A stretch of 47,082 nucleotides of DNA from Escherichia phage vB_EcoS_WF5505: the sequence record NC_073060.1, one strand, 5' to 3'. Positions 27,561-35,768 of the stretch are shown here, in pieces; the first letter of the stretch is position 1; every line of letters starts with the position of its first letter. The notes under the pieces were generated by a model, which worked only from the letters and a program-made list of their open reading frames with translations, searched no databases and had not been told where the DNA came from. A program made the position numbers and the translations under genes.

Positions 27561-27782
27561 TTACCACTCCCGTGATTTAACAGATACAGTGCCTGAGAAA
27601 TTGCCGTCGCTATCGGCAGATAGGCCCGTGAAGCGCATGTCCACGTCCCCGGCAGGGACTTTTTGCCCGTCAACGTAGCGTAACATGCAGCTACCGTAAG
27701 CAACCGTAATGCAATCGCCGTTGTTGCGTTCTACAGCACAACCGGACAAAAGGACCGCACAAATCATAATTAAAGTTTTCAT
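27561..27782 (-). CDS. Small lipoprotein (73 aa), candidate superinfection-exclusion protein
   Basis: Signal peptide MKTLIMICAVLLSGC with lipobox, strong AGGAGA RBS; adjacent to putative RBP gene. Confidence 0.6.
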   Translation of the reverse strand: MKTLIMICAVLLSGCAVERNNGDCITVAYGSCMLRYVDGQKVPAGDVDMRFTGLSADSDGNFSGTVSVKSREW

Positions 27783-27863
27783 GTTATCATCTCCTATATT
27801 TGGTTGAGTTTTAGTATTGCACCGCTCAATCAAGAATGCAACCAATTTTAAGAGGATTCAGCT
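27783..27863. promoter_or_regulatory. Divergent promoter region between lipoprotein and tail-fibre genes
   Basis: Contains TGCAACCAAT (27837-27846) and inverted partial copy TTGGTTGAG (27799-27807). Confidence 0.4.
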
Positions 27864-29390
27864 ATGGCAGCGGGTACTATCTTATTAACCAATAACAGCC
27901 GGTCGGTAACGGGGACCGGTACGACGTTTTCGGCGTTCAAAGCCGGTGATTTCCTTTCTGTCGTAGTGGGGCAAGTCCCCTACACTATCGCGATTGAATC
28001 TATCGAAAGCAACACCGGGCTTACTTTGGTGCTGCCGTTTGACGGCCCAACGGCATCCGGCCTCGCATGGGATGGCGTTGCGCGCGATACCATGTCGCTG
28101 GCAACGATGGGCGTAACAGTCCAGGCACAGAAAGCACTGCGTATGCTTATTGCGGACGAGAACAACTGGCGTGCAATCTTCGGCGACGCTGAAGAAATCA
28201 CAGTTACGTTACCGAACGGCACAGTGATGCAGGGTATGTCGTGGGGCTACCTGTCGCAGCTAATGAAGCAGATCGACCCGGTGGAAATGCTCAACCTGCA
28301 ACAACAAGCCGCCGCATCTGAGGTCGCAGCGAAAGGATACCGCGACGAGGCCGAAGGCTTCAAGAACGATACTAATACCATCAAGACGCAAACCAACCAG
28401 ATTAAGACTGATACGCAGGCGATCCACGACGCCACCAATACGATCAAGACGCAAACCGACCAGATTAAGACCGATACGCAGGCCATCAAGGACCAGACCA
28501 ACCAGATTAAGACTGACACTGGCGTTATTCGAGATCAGGCCAACACGGCGAAGACTGACGCACAAGCGGCCCGAGATGCAGCGCAGGGATACCGCGACGA
28601 AGCCGAAGGCTTCAAAAACTCAATCGACCCCACTAAGTTCATGCAGAAGTCGCAGAACCTGGCGGACGTTGCCGACAAGTACACCGCGCGCAACATTCTG
28701 GGGGTGGGCGATGACAGTAACGTTAAACACGCAACATTACGCCTGAACGGTGGCGAATCATTAACATTCAATGAAGTGGAGGCTAACGGCTTAATTCTAT
28801 CAAACGCCTCGATGGGAATCGACAATTGGGTAGGCTTCACCATGCATGAATGGTACGCCGACTGGACACGCGCAGGAATTGTGCGTGCGGGTGACACCCA
28901 CGTGTCAGACTACCGCATCCACGTGTGGAAGAATGGGGCTACTGAGGCGCTATTCCGCTTCCTGCCGGACGGGCGTCTGATTCAGGGTAACAGCGGCAAC
29001 CCATCGTCGGCGGAGTTTCAGAAAGCACCGCTATCAGACCGGGACGTGAAGAAAGAAATCCAATACACGGACGGCGCGGAAAGTTACAACCGAGTACGGC
29101 AATGGCTACCAGCAATGTTTAAGTATAAGGAGTCGGACGTACAGCGTTACGGCCTTATCGCGCAGGACCTGGCCATGATTGACCCGGAATATGTGCACTT
29201 GCTGCCAGGACACGGAATCTACGAGGACGTTGTTGTTGGCGTGGACGAGGAAGGGAACGAGATTATCGAGCAAAAGGAGATCGGATACACCGACGATGTG
29301 CTGTCGCTTGACAGTAACGTGCTGTTGATGGATCTATGCGCCGCCTTCGTTCACCTGTTGCAGAAAGTAGAAAAGCTGGAAGGTAAGTAA
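27864..29390 (+). CDS. Tail fibre protein with C-terminal intramolecular chaperone domain
   Basis: N-terminal MAAGTILLTNNSRSVTG; 21-aa tandem repeats; C-terminal LSDRDVKK and GLIAQDL resemble S74 autoproteolytic chaperone domains. Confidence 0.75.
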   Translation: MAAGTILLTNNSRSVTGTGTTFSAFKAGDFLSVVVGQVPYTIAIESIESNTGLTLVLPFDGPTASGLAWDGVARDTMSLATMGVTVQAQKALRMLIADENNWRAIFGDAEEITVTLPNGTVMQGMSWGYLSQLMKQIDPVEMLNLQQQAAASEVAAKGYRDEAEGFKNDTNTIKTQTNQIKTDTQAIHDATNTIKTQTDQIKTDTQAIKDQTNQIKTDTGVIRDQANTAKTDAQAARDAAQGYRDEAEGFKNSIDPTKFMQKSQNLADVADKYTARNILGVGDDSNVKHATLRLNGGESLTFNEVEANGLILSNASMGIDNWVGFTMHEWYADWTRAGIVRAGDTHVSDYRIHVWKNGATEALFRFLPDGRLIQGNSGNPSSAEFQKAPLSDRDVKKEIQYTDGAESYNRVRQWLPAMFKYKESDVQRYGLIAQDLAMIDPEYVHLLPGHGIYEDVVVGVDEEGNEIIEQKEIGYTDDVLSLDSNVLLMDLCAAFVHLLQKVEKLEGK

Positions 29391-29393
29391 TGA

Positions 29394-29418
29394 GAAGGGG
29401 CCATACGGCCCCTTTTTT
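29394..29418. terminator. Bidirectional rho-independent terminator (GGGGCC-N-GGCCCC family)
   Basis: AAGGGGCCATACGGCCCCTT followed by TTTTTT; between tail fibre (+) and minus-strand module. Confidence 0.7.
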
Positions 29419-29992
29419 AGTTTGAGTTTTCCCAGTCCATTTTGCGCCGTACTAACGGGCTTTCGTAATATTCCTTGCCCTCCACTTCCACCAGAGGCCA
29501 GTCGTTGACAATCACGTATGGTTCCGCAATATCCTCAATCACGCCGTGTGCGCTATGTTGCCCGAACGATACGCCCACCAGGATAACACCGGCAACCCGA
29601 CGGGTGAGATACTCGCGAGCGCAACGCGCCTCTACCAGTCCGCGACGGATGCCGCTGGTGGCTTTGACCTCGTAGGTCCAGACGGCATCAATCATGTGCT
29701 CACGGAAGTCGGGGCCGGACTTAACCTTGCGTTTACCGACCATGATAATATCGCCGCGGTCGATAGTATTGGCGCTAAACAGGCCGGTACGCATAAGCAA
29801 GCCTTGCGGGATACAACTACGCCCGCCTGCCTGCCCTTCAAGGTACATGCCAGCAAACATCTCGCCCAGCACACCGACAAGTCGGCTTTGCTTGCACGCG
29901 TCAGACTTTAATCGCCACTGGTCAAACTCGACGCTCGCCAACATTGCCGCTATGTGGAATTGTTTACCGGTTATTTCGTATTCGCCGTACAT
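29417..29992 (-). CDS. Hypothetical protein (191 aa), possible PD-(D/E)XK-like nuclease
   Basis: Track ORF; candidate motif GDIIMV...(about 28 aa)...YEVK; assignment weak. Confidence 0.4.
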   Translation of the reverse strand: MYGEYEITGKQFHIAAMLASVEFDQWRLKSDACKQSRLVGVLGEMFAGMYLEGQAGGRSCIPQGLLMRTGLFSANTIDRGDIIMVGKRKVKSGPDFREHMIDAVWTYEVKATSGIRRGLVEARCAREYLTRRVAGVILVGVSFGQHSAHGVIEDIAEPYVIVNDWPLVEVEGKEYYESPLVRRKMDWENSN

Positions 29993-30034
29993 TGTGAAGC
30001 CCTCATTGCTGCGGGCCGAAGCCCGCTATTAGAA

Positions 30035-30628
30035 TTATTTAAGTGCGCTAGTCACCAGTGTTTTTTCCATATTGCGGAAGTCTTCCGGCGTCATGAGTAT
30101 TTTGGACCCATCCTCGCCAGTGAGCACTACCATAGGCTGGACTTCTTGATCTGCCACACCGAAATTGGCAGCTTTAACCGTCTTTCCGAACGAGGCCACC
30201 GTATCCTCGGCAACGCGCATTGCACTGTTATACGCATTAATCTCGCCATCCAGGCGCACGGACAGGTCCGAAGGCTTGAACGCGCCGCCGGTCTTGATAG
30301 GCCAACCTTTGAGGCTGTCGAATTGCGCTGCCGTTGTATCGATCTGAATCTCGTCATGCACGGTCATGTAAGACTCGCCCAGCAAAGCGGAATACGCAAC
30401 CAGATCAACAATATTGTCTTCCTGGTGCTTACGGTGCTGGCGCACCAGCTTCAGGCAGATCAGGAAGGTCCAGGCTTCTTGCTCGGTAAGGTCGCGACCG
30501 GTAAGCGCGTTAAACACGGCAGCGATTTGCTTCGCGCTGCGTTCTTCTTTCGCGTTATCATAGCCGTTCTCTTTCCCGCGCTGTTCCATAGTGGTGGCGG
30601 CGTTCTTGCAGTATTCAAATGCTTTCAT
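30035..30628 (-). CDS. Hypothetical protein (197 aa)
   Basis: Start MKAFEY with AAAGGAAAAC RBS inside track ORF 30035-30703; no clear motif. Confidence 0.5.
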   Translation of the reverse strand: MKAFEYCKNAATTMEQRGKENGYDNAKEERSAKQIAAVFNALTGRDLTEQEAWTFLICLKLVRQHRKHQEDNIVDLVAYSALLGESYMTVHDEIQIDTTAAQFDSLKGWPIKTGGAFKPSDLSVRLDGEINAYNSAMRVAEDTVASFGKTVKAANFGVADQEVQPMVVLTGEDGSKILMTPEDFRNMEKTLVTSALK

Positions 30629-30680
30629 GATGTTTTCCTTTTTAGTGGGGGCCGGATTGCCCCCGACGAGATAACTATAG

Positions 30681-30702
30681 TGCAACCAACCTATTGGTTG
30701 CA
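30681..30702. promoter_or_regulatory. Perfect 22-bp palindrome TGCAACCAA-CCTA-TTGGTTGCA (operator-like)
   Basis: Read directly; lies about 53 bp upstream of the 30628 minus-strand start and spans the stop of the HAD gene. Confidence 0.6.
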
Positions 30703-31161
30703 AGTAAATTTTGCTACGTTTATAGAATAAATTTTAGGGACCATATCGCTGCACGCCCGACGGATGGCGTCAATATTCTTAGCGCAGTCTTCAATGATGA
30801 CCAGTTCGGACACGTCCGCATAGCAAACCATTTTGAACACCGCGCACGCTTTAAATTCTGGCGGTGGGGTGTCGTCCAGCATGTGGCGCATGAACAACCG
30901 GCCCGTCGGGAATACTTCCAATTGCTTGGCGGTCGTATCCCAGCATTCGCGCTGCCGGTTAGTCAGATACGCTATCTCGAAGCCTTGCTCTTTGTACATG
31001 CGCAGCAACGGCAGCATGTCCATGTTCAGGTCTTCGCGGACGTGCGCTTTGTGCCACTTCGCCCAAAAGGTTGATTTGGTTTTTATGCCGGGCACCAGGT
31101 CAGCACGCGCATCACTTGAACCATTAATAACGCCATCCAGATCACAAATCAGTAGTTTCAT
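30691..31161 (-). CDS. HAD-superfamily phosphatase
   Basis: N-terminal MKLLICDLDGVI (DxDGV HAD motif I); 156 aa. Confidence 0.7.
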   Translation of the reverse strand: MKLLICDLDGVINGSSDARADLVPGIKTKSTFWAKWHKAHVREDLNMDMLPLLRMYKEQGFEIAYLTNRQRECWDTTAKQLEVFPTGRLFMRHMLDDTPPPEFKACAVFKMVCYADVSELVIIEDCAKNIDAIRRACSDMVPKIYSINVAKFTCNQ

Positions 31162-31382
31162 TTTAAGCTCTCAATAAGGGTGTAGCGGGCGCTTCGCGCA
31201 GTAACGGAGTTGCATACAAAATGGCAACGCTTGGTTATGACAAGCCAGCCGGTGAGGTCCAGGCCCAGGATGTATTCCGGGCGGCTGGCGCGCATCACTC
31301 GGTCGCGGCGCGGGTCAATGATGAAGTCCCTTTGCATTTGGTCCACTACCGCGGGGTCGCGGTCAACGATTAAGATATTCAT
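31158..31382 (-). CDS. Hypothetical protein (74 aa)
   Basis: Track ORF coupled to flanking genes. Confidence 0.45.
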   Translation of the reverse strand: MNILIVDRDPAVVDQMQRDFIIDPRRDRVMRASRPEYILGLDLTGWLVITKRCHFVCNSVTARSARYTLIESLK

Positions 31383-31848
31383 GTAGTTCTCTCTCGCTCA
31401 TTATTTCAATTTGTGCGCTGCCGATGGGCGGCGCTTCGTCAAATATTATCAATTGCTGGCACTTGTTATTGCTCGGCCCGACTTCACCGGTGACAGCGTG
31501 TATAAATCTCACCCGCCAGTCCAGAAGAATTATCAGGTTTGCAGTCTTCCGGGCCAGCCTCGCCCACTTCGTCGACGTGTCCTGATTCAGTAGCATGACC
31601 GTCCGGCGTCCGTGCGCTGCGCATTCGACCCACGGCAGCGGATCGGAATACGGCGGATTGCACCACTTCCACCCTTTCAACTCTGCCCAGTCCACATCAA
31701 GCGCGCTATGTTCTGCCGTGAAGTAACGCGGTAGCAGGTGGTTGGCATCGCTTGCCGCCATATCGTAACGGAATCGGTATTTCCGACGAAGCGGTTTGAA
31801 TAAAGCTGGCGGCGTGCGCCAGCTATCTTTTTGCTCACTCTTCTGCAT
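31363..31848 (-). CDS. DNA N6-adenine methyltransferase (phage Dam family)
   Basis: N-terminal DSWRTPPALF and catalytic NPPY motif (CNPPYSD); 161 aa. Confidence 0.75.
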   Translation of the reverse strand: MQKSEQKDSWRTPPALFKPLRRKYRFRYDMAASDANHLLPRYFTAEHSALDVDWAELKGWKWCNPPYSDPLPWVECAAHGRRTVMLLNQDTSTKWARLARKTANLIILLDWRVRFIHAVTGEVGPSNNKCQQLIIFDEAPPIGSAQIEIMSERELHEYLNR

Positions 31849-32299
31849 GACCTGGATCTATCGCGTATAAAGGGACTTTATTGCCGGTTTTCATAACGCG
31901 CTGGACGCGCTTTGACTCCTCGGCGCTCATTGGGCGCATATCAGTGCTATAACCACCGTTTGATGTGTGCCGCCACGCTATCAGCACCAGATCTTTCCGG
32001 TCGATCTTAGACTGGCGGCCCTTCGGTCGCACGTACGCCTCGGCCCGTTTGCAATGCTCGCGCAGACCTTCGGCAGTGATGCGGTTTAGTGCAACGCTGG
32101 TTGTGTATCCGGTGCGCTGCATAATCCCCATCAATTCGAAAAGCAGTTCGAAGCGCTCCTCTAGCTCCTGGCGCACTTTCTTCTCACCTTCATATAGCGC
32201 CTGTTTGGTGTCCGCCAACGCGTTCGCACGTTCGGCCTGTTCGCGGGCTTCGAGGCATTGCGCGGCCCAGTATGCTTTTTCTTCTTGTAAAATTTTCAT
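31835..32299 (-). CDS. Hypothetical coiled-coil protein (about 154 aa)
   Basis: Start MKILQEEK with GGAGA RBS inside track ORF 31835-32380. Confidence 0.5.
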   Translation of the reverse strand: MKILQEEKAYWAAQCLEAREQAERANALADTKQALYEGEKKVRQELEERFELLFELMGIMQRTGYTTSVALNRITAEGLREHCKRAEAYVRPKGRQSKIDRKDLVLIAWRHTSNGGYSTDMRPMSAEESKRVQRVMKTGNKVPLYAIDPGHAEE

Positions 32300-32354
32300 C
32301 GTGTTGTCTCCAGGTATTAAAAAGGGCGTTCCCTTCAGAACACCCCCAATATAA

Positions 32355-32381
32355 TGCAACCAATCTCGCAATGCAACCAAT
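32355..32381. promoter_or_regulatory. Two direct TGCAACCAAT copies, 17 bp apart
   Basis: 32355-32364 and 32372-32381, intergenic, upstream of minus-strand gene starting at 32299. Confidence 0.5.
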
Positions 32382-32705
32382 TTATTCGAAGAAATTTGGG
32401 TCGCTCATCACATCCACAAGATAAAGGTTGTTAAGGCGGTTGCCGTAATGGCCTGGCGTGCGCTGACGGCACACAACAGCGAAGCCTGGAGGGATTGTAT
32501 TGCCAGTCTCGATAATCCACGCCACGCGCGCGCCAGACAGCGTCTTGCCGTTGCATTCGATACGAGTACCGCCATCAGCGGTGTTAAGGTTGCCAATCTT
32601 GCAGCCGGTGGACTTCAGACGGATGACGCCGGTTTTGCTGTCGTAGGTGAATAACTGGTTAGTCATTGCAACCGAGAAGTCGATGGCTTCGAATGTAGTA
32701 TTCAT
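32382..32705 (-). CDS. Small HNH-like endonuclease candidate (107 aa)
   Basis: HNH_3-like pattern GARVAWIIETG...GHYGNRLNNLYL; degenerate, low certainty. Confidence 0.4.
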   Translation of the reverse strand: MNTTFEAIDFSVAMTNQLFTYDSKTGVIRLKSTGCKIGNLNTADGGTRIECNGKTLSGARVAWIIETGNTIPPGFAVVCRQRTPGHYGNRLNNLYLVDVMSDPNFFE

Positions 32706-33397
32706 TTTAAATTTTCCTCATTGACTGCTATTGCGAAGCCGCGCGGAGTGAGCGACCGGATTAATTTGGTGCGGGCAGATTTGCCACCGAGGCGACTATA
32801 CTGCTTCGAGTACCCTTTTTCAACGAATACCGGCTTTTTCTCCGGCATACGAAAGCCATTGCCGGTCCATAAACAGGTCAGCTTTGGATATGAATCGCGG
32901 TCGTTGATGTATTCCGGGAACAACGGATGTACGTCATCCTCCGGCAGATAGCCGCCATACTCCCACGGATCAAACGAGTGGTCTGGCTTGCGCCACTGGG
33001 TGGATAGCACACTGCGCGGATTCTCAATCATATATGGCACTTCAAAGAAGTCACCCAGGTAAGCGGCAATCTTCGCGGTGCGCACTGCCTTAAGCTGAAA
33101 GGCGGGGTCTTTCGCACGCTTGCACGGGAAAGCTGGCGCACCGCTCACCGCCAGATCCGTACACGGCGGAAACGCGTAGATAATATCCGGCGTGCCGAAA
33201 TCGCCATTCATCGCGCGGTCCACGAAGTCCAGATCGATAAACTCGTTACGATAGCGGATACCGCGACCATAAATCCGGTAGTCAAGGTAAGACCCGTGAT
33301 CGGCTTCCGAGTAGTTGAAACAGTAGCATTTATGCCCCATCTCGGCAGCGCGCTCTATCATCAAGCCGCTGCCGTCAAATAATGACCAGATAATCAC
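32702..33397 (-). CDS. Compact DNA cytosine-5 methyltransferase-like protein (231 aa)
   Basis: Motif I-like LFDGSG, motif IV-like FPPC, motif VI-like ENP at C5-MTase-appropriate spacing; too short for a typical target-recognition domain. Confidence 0.45.
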   Translation of the reverse strand: MIIWSLFDGSGLMIERAAEMGHKCYCFNYSEADHGSYLDYRIYGRGIRYRNEFIDLDFVDRAMNGDFGTPDIIYAFPPCTDLAVSGAPAFPCKRAKDPAFQLKAVRTAKIAAYLGDFFEVPYMIENPRSVLSTQWRKPDHSFDPWEYGGYLPEDDVHPLFPEYINDRDSYPKLTCLWTGNGFRMPEKKPVFVEKGYSKQYSRLGGKSARTKLIRSLTPRGFAIAVNEENLK

Positions 33398-34818
33398 TTG
33401 CGCACCTTCTTAGCTTTCATGTATTCCATCAAGTCGTCCTGGATGTCGCGCTTACCATCGCGGCGGTCCGCCACCAGTTCGTCCAGTGTCCCGCGTGCCT
33501 GGATAATATAGACGAATACCGGTCGAGGGTGCCCGGCTTGCATCTGGCGAACTGGCCCGATACGCTCCACGATCTGCGCAAAGTGCTCATAGTTCCACGT
33601 ATCCGAGAAGATAGCCAGGTGATGACCGCCGTCCTGCAAGTTAAGGCCGTGACCAGCCGATGCCGGGTGTGCGAACATGATGGGAATCTCGCCCCTGTTC
33701 CACGCTTCCATATCCTTATTGCCCTGCTTACCCTTACCCATCGCAACGCCGTGGGGAAACTTCTTCTTCAGACGTGCCAGGTCGTGCTTGTACTGGTACG
33801 CAACGAGCAACGGCGCTCCGTTCAACTCCTCTACGATACTTTCCAGCGCGTCCAGCTTGGCGTCGTGAATCTTCTCCCACTCGTCGGTCCGCTCTCCGTC
33901 TTCGTCCACCTTATACACGGCACCGGATGCAAGCTGAAGGCACTTGATGGTCTTAGCCGCAGCGTTCGCCGCTTCCACTGTTCCGCTTTCCAGTTCGGCA
34001 AATAGCTCACTCTCAAACTGGTCATAAATCTTGCGGGCTTTCTTCGGCAGGTCCACGACAACCGGCGTGTAGATTGGCTTGTCACATCCGAAGTATTCAG
34101 CCGCGTCCACGGTAAGGGATACATCGGACAGGCGCTGTTGGATCTCCTTCTCGGAGTTCTTTAGCGGGGCGTGCTGCATAGTGAAGCTGCCTGGCTTAAC
34201 AGGCTTGCTAATAAACCAGCGATCGGTGAATGCCTTATAGCTACTGCCGAGGCGTTCGCCACCGTCGACAAACCACGTCTGACCCCATAAGTCTTTTAGC
34301 CCGTTTGGCGCTGGTGTGCCGGTAAGGTTAATCCAGCGCTTGACGTGTTTATGTGCAATCGCTGCCAGTGCGCGGGCGCGCTTGCTCCCCTGCTTGCTAC
34401 GATAGCCTTTCAGCTTAGTCGATTCATCGGCAACAACCACCGTAAAGGGCCACGCATCGCCGTAATAGTCAACCAGCCACTCAACCACATCGTAGTTAAC
34501 ACAAACCACGTTAGCGTCGCTCTCAAGCGCGGCTATGCGGTCCTTCTCTGGTCCAGTGCCGTCTACGACCAGCAGGGATGAGAACCGCCATTTCTCCTGT
34601 TCCGGGGGCCATGTGCCGGAGGCAACGCGTAGCGGGGCCAGCACCAGTACGCGGTCCTCCTGGTTGGACAGGATGCCAGTCTGGAACATTTTGTTTAGCG
34701 CCCACATAGTCGCGCCGGTTTTACCGGACCCCATTGTCGCCCAAATATTGCAGCGCTCATGCTTGAGAATAAACGCGGTTATCAATTTCTGATATTCGCG
34801 ACGTCGGAATCGTGCCAT
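33394..34818 (-). CDS. SF2 helicase (SNF2/DEAD-like)
   Basis: Walker A MGSGKTG, Walker B-like VVVADEST; start MARFRRREYQK inside track ORF 33394-34908. Confidence 0.7.
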   Translation of the reverse strand: MARFRRREYQKLITAFILKHERCNIWATMGSGKTGATMWALNKMFQTGILSNQEDRVLVLAPLRVASGTWPPEQEKWRFSSLLVVDGTGPEKDRIAALESDANVVCVNYDVVEWLVDYYGDAWPFTVVVADESTKLKGYRSKQGSKRARALAAIAHKHVKRWINLTGTPAPNGLKDLWGQTWFVDGGERLGSSYKAFTDRWFISKPVKPGSFTMQHAPLKNSEKEIQQRLSDVSLTVDAAEYFGCDKPIYTPVVVDLPKKARKIYDQFESELFAELESGTVEAANAAAKTIKCLQLASGAVYKVDEDGERTDEWEKIHDAKLDALESIVEELNGAPLLVAYQYKHDLARLKKKFPHGVAMGKGKQGNKDMEAWNRGEIPIMFAHPASAGHGLNLQDGGHHLAIFSDTWNYEHFAQIVERIGPVRQMQAGHPRPVFVYIIQARGTLDELVADRRDGKRDIQDDLMEYMKAKKVRK

Positions 34819-34822
34819 ATCT

Positions 34823-35047
34823 TTATTCCGCCTTTTTCCAGACTTCGGTTTCACTGTTCCAATTCCTCTTTGTGGCGTCGTAGTTGGTGGCGTGTCCAAT
34901 GTGCACACCGGTCGCGCGGAAGCTCTTAAACTTCTGCCAGCACACTGTCAACGGCAGCGGGTAATTCATGCCTGCGATAAACCATACGCGATCGCCAGGT
35001 TTGCACTCTCCCAGCTTGGTGAGTCGGTAATGTTCTTTCATCGTCAT
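34823..35047 (-). CDS. Hypothetical protein (74 aa)
   Basis: Track ORF between helicase and Zn-ribbon genes. Confidence 0.45.
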   Translation of the reverse strand: MTMKEHYRLTKLGECKPGDRVWFIAGMNYPLPLTVCWQKFKSFRATGVHIGHATNYDATKRNWNSETEVWKKAE

Positions 35048-35083
35048 GCCTCCAAAAATGGCGGGACAAGCCCGCCGTATTGA

Positions 35084-35257
35084 TTATTCTTGTTCTGCGC
35101 GATAGCGGCGCTGCCGATCACGTTCTTTCTTATTGCGGCACGATTTGCACTCGGCCCGATGCCCGTCTGGACTGCGCGCAGTCTTTCCGGTGTATTTGTG
35201 GAACTGGGATAGCGGCTTGATGCATCCGCAATTACTACAACGTTTTTCTTCAATCAT
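35084..35257 (-). CDS. Small zinc-ribbon protein (57 aa)
   Basis: CxxC...CxxC: MIEEKRCSNCGC...ECKSCRNK; GAGGA RBS; in frame inside track ORF 35084-35317. Confidence 0.5.
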   Translation of the reverse strand: MIEEKRCSNCGCIKPLSQFHKYTGKTARSPDGHRAECKSCRNKKERDRQRRYRAEQE

Positions 35258-35297
35258 TTCTAAAATCCTCGATAGGGCTAACCGGCACACTATACCG

Positions 35298-35576
35298 CTA
35301 CGCGACCAATTCAGCAACCAATAAATCGCAGTCGGCTATGTTGTCAATAACGCGAACGTCAGCACCGCGGCGGGCCATTCGCTCATGTTCTCGCACCTGG
35401 TGCGGCTTCGGTTTTCCTCCGGGGCGCTTCACTTCGACGAATACTATGATGCCGTTGATGATAATAATCAGGTCGGGCGCACCTGCGCGCCCCTCCCATG
35501 CCAGCTTGCGGCAGAATCCGCCAACCTCTTTCACCCGTCGCATCAGGTGACTTTGAATATTGCCTTCTGGTGTCAT
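35298..35576 (-). CDS. VRR-NUC domain nuclease
   Basis: 92 aa with IIIINGIIVFVEVKRPGGKPKPHQ (PD-(D/E)XK-type VRR-NUC core). Confidence 0.65.
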   Translation of the reverse strand: MTPEGNIQSHLMRRVKEVGGFCRKLAWEGRAGAPDLIIIINGIIVFVEVKRPGGKPKPHQVREHERMARRGADVRVIDNIADCDLLVAELVA

Positions 35577-35764
35577 TTGGTTTGCAACTCCACGTTACGC
35601 AGACGTAGATCTACCGGTATGTCAGATCTACCGGTTAGCGCCAGCGCCAGGTTTTCAGGCGTGACAAGTGCCGTGATGGTCTTGCCACGTTCCAGTCTAA
35701 GGACGATGCGAATCTCGTCATCGTCCGTCGCGCCAGCGCGCATTATGCTTAATTCTGCTTTCAT
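35573..35764 (-). CDS. Hypothetical protein (63 aa)
   Basis: Start MKAELSIM with AGGAAG RBS, in frame within track ORF 35573-35842; downstream of polymerase. Confidence 0.4.
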   Translation of the reverse strand: MKAELSIMRAGATDDDEIRIVLRLERGKTITALVTPENLALALTGRSDIPVDLRLRNVELQTK

Positions 35765-35768
35765 AATC

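Noticed and set aside
29954-30730. 258-aa plus-strand ORF across the minus-strand genes at 29417-30628
   Set aside because: Lies antisense to two co-oriented minus-strand genes that have RBSs and an upstream operator; no RBS of its own.
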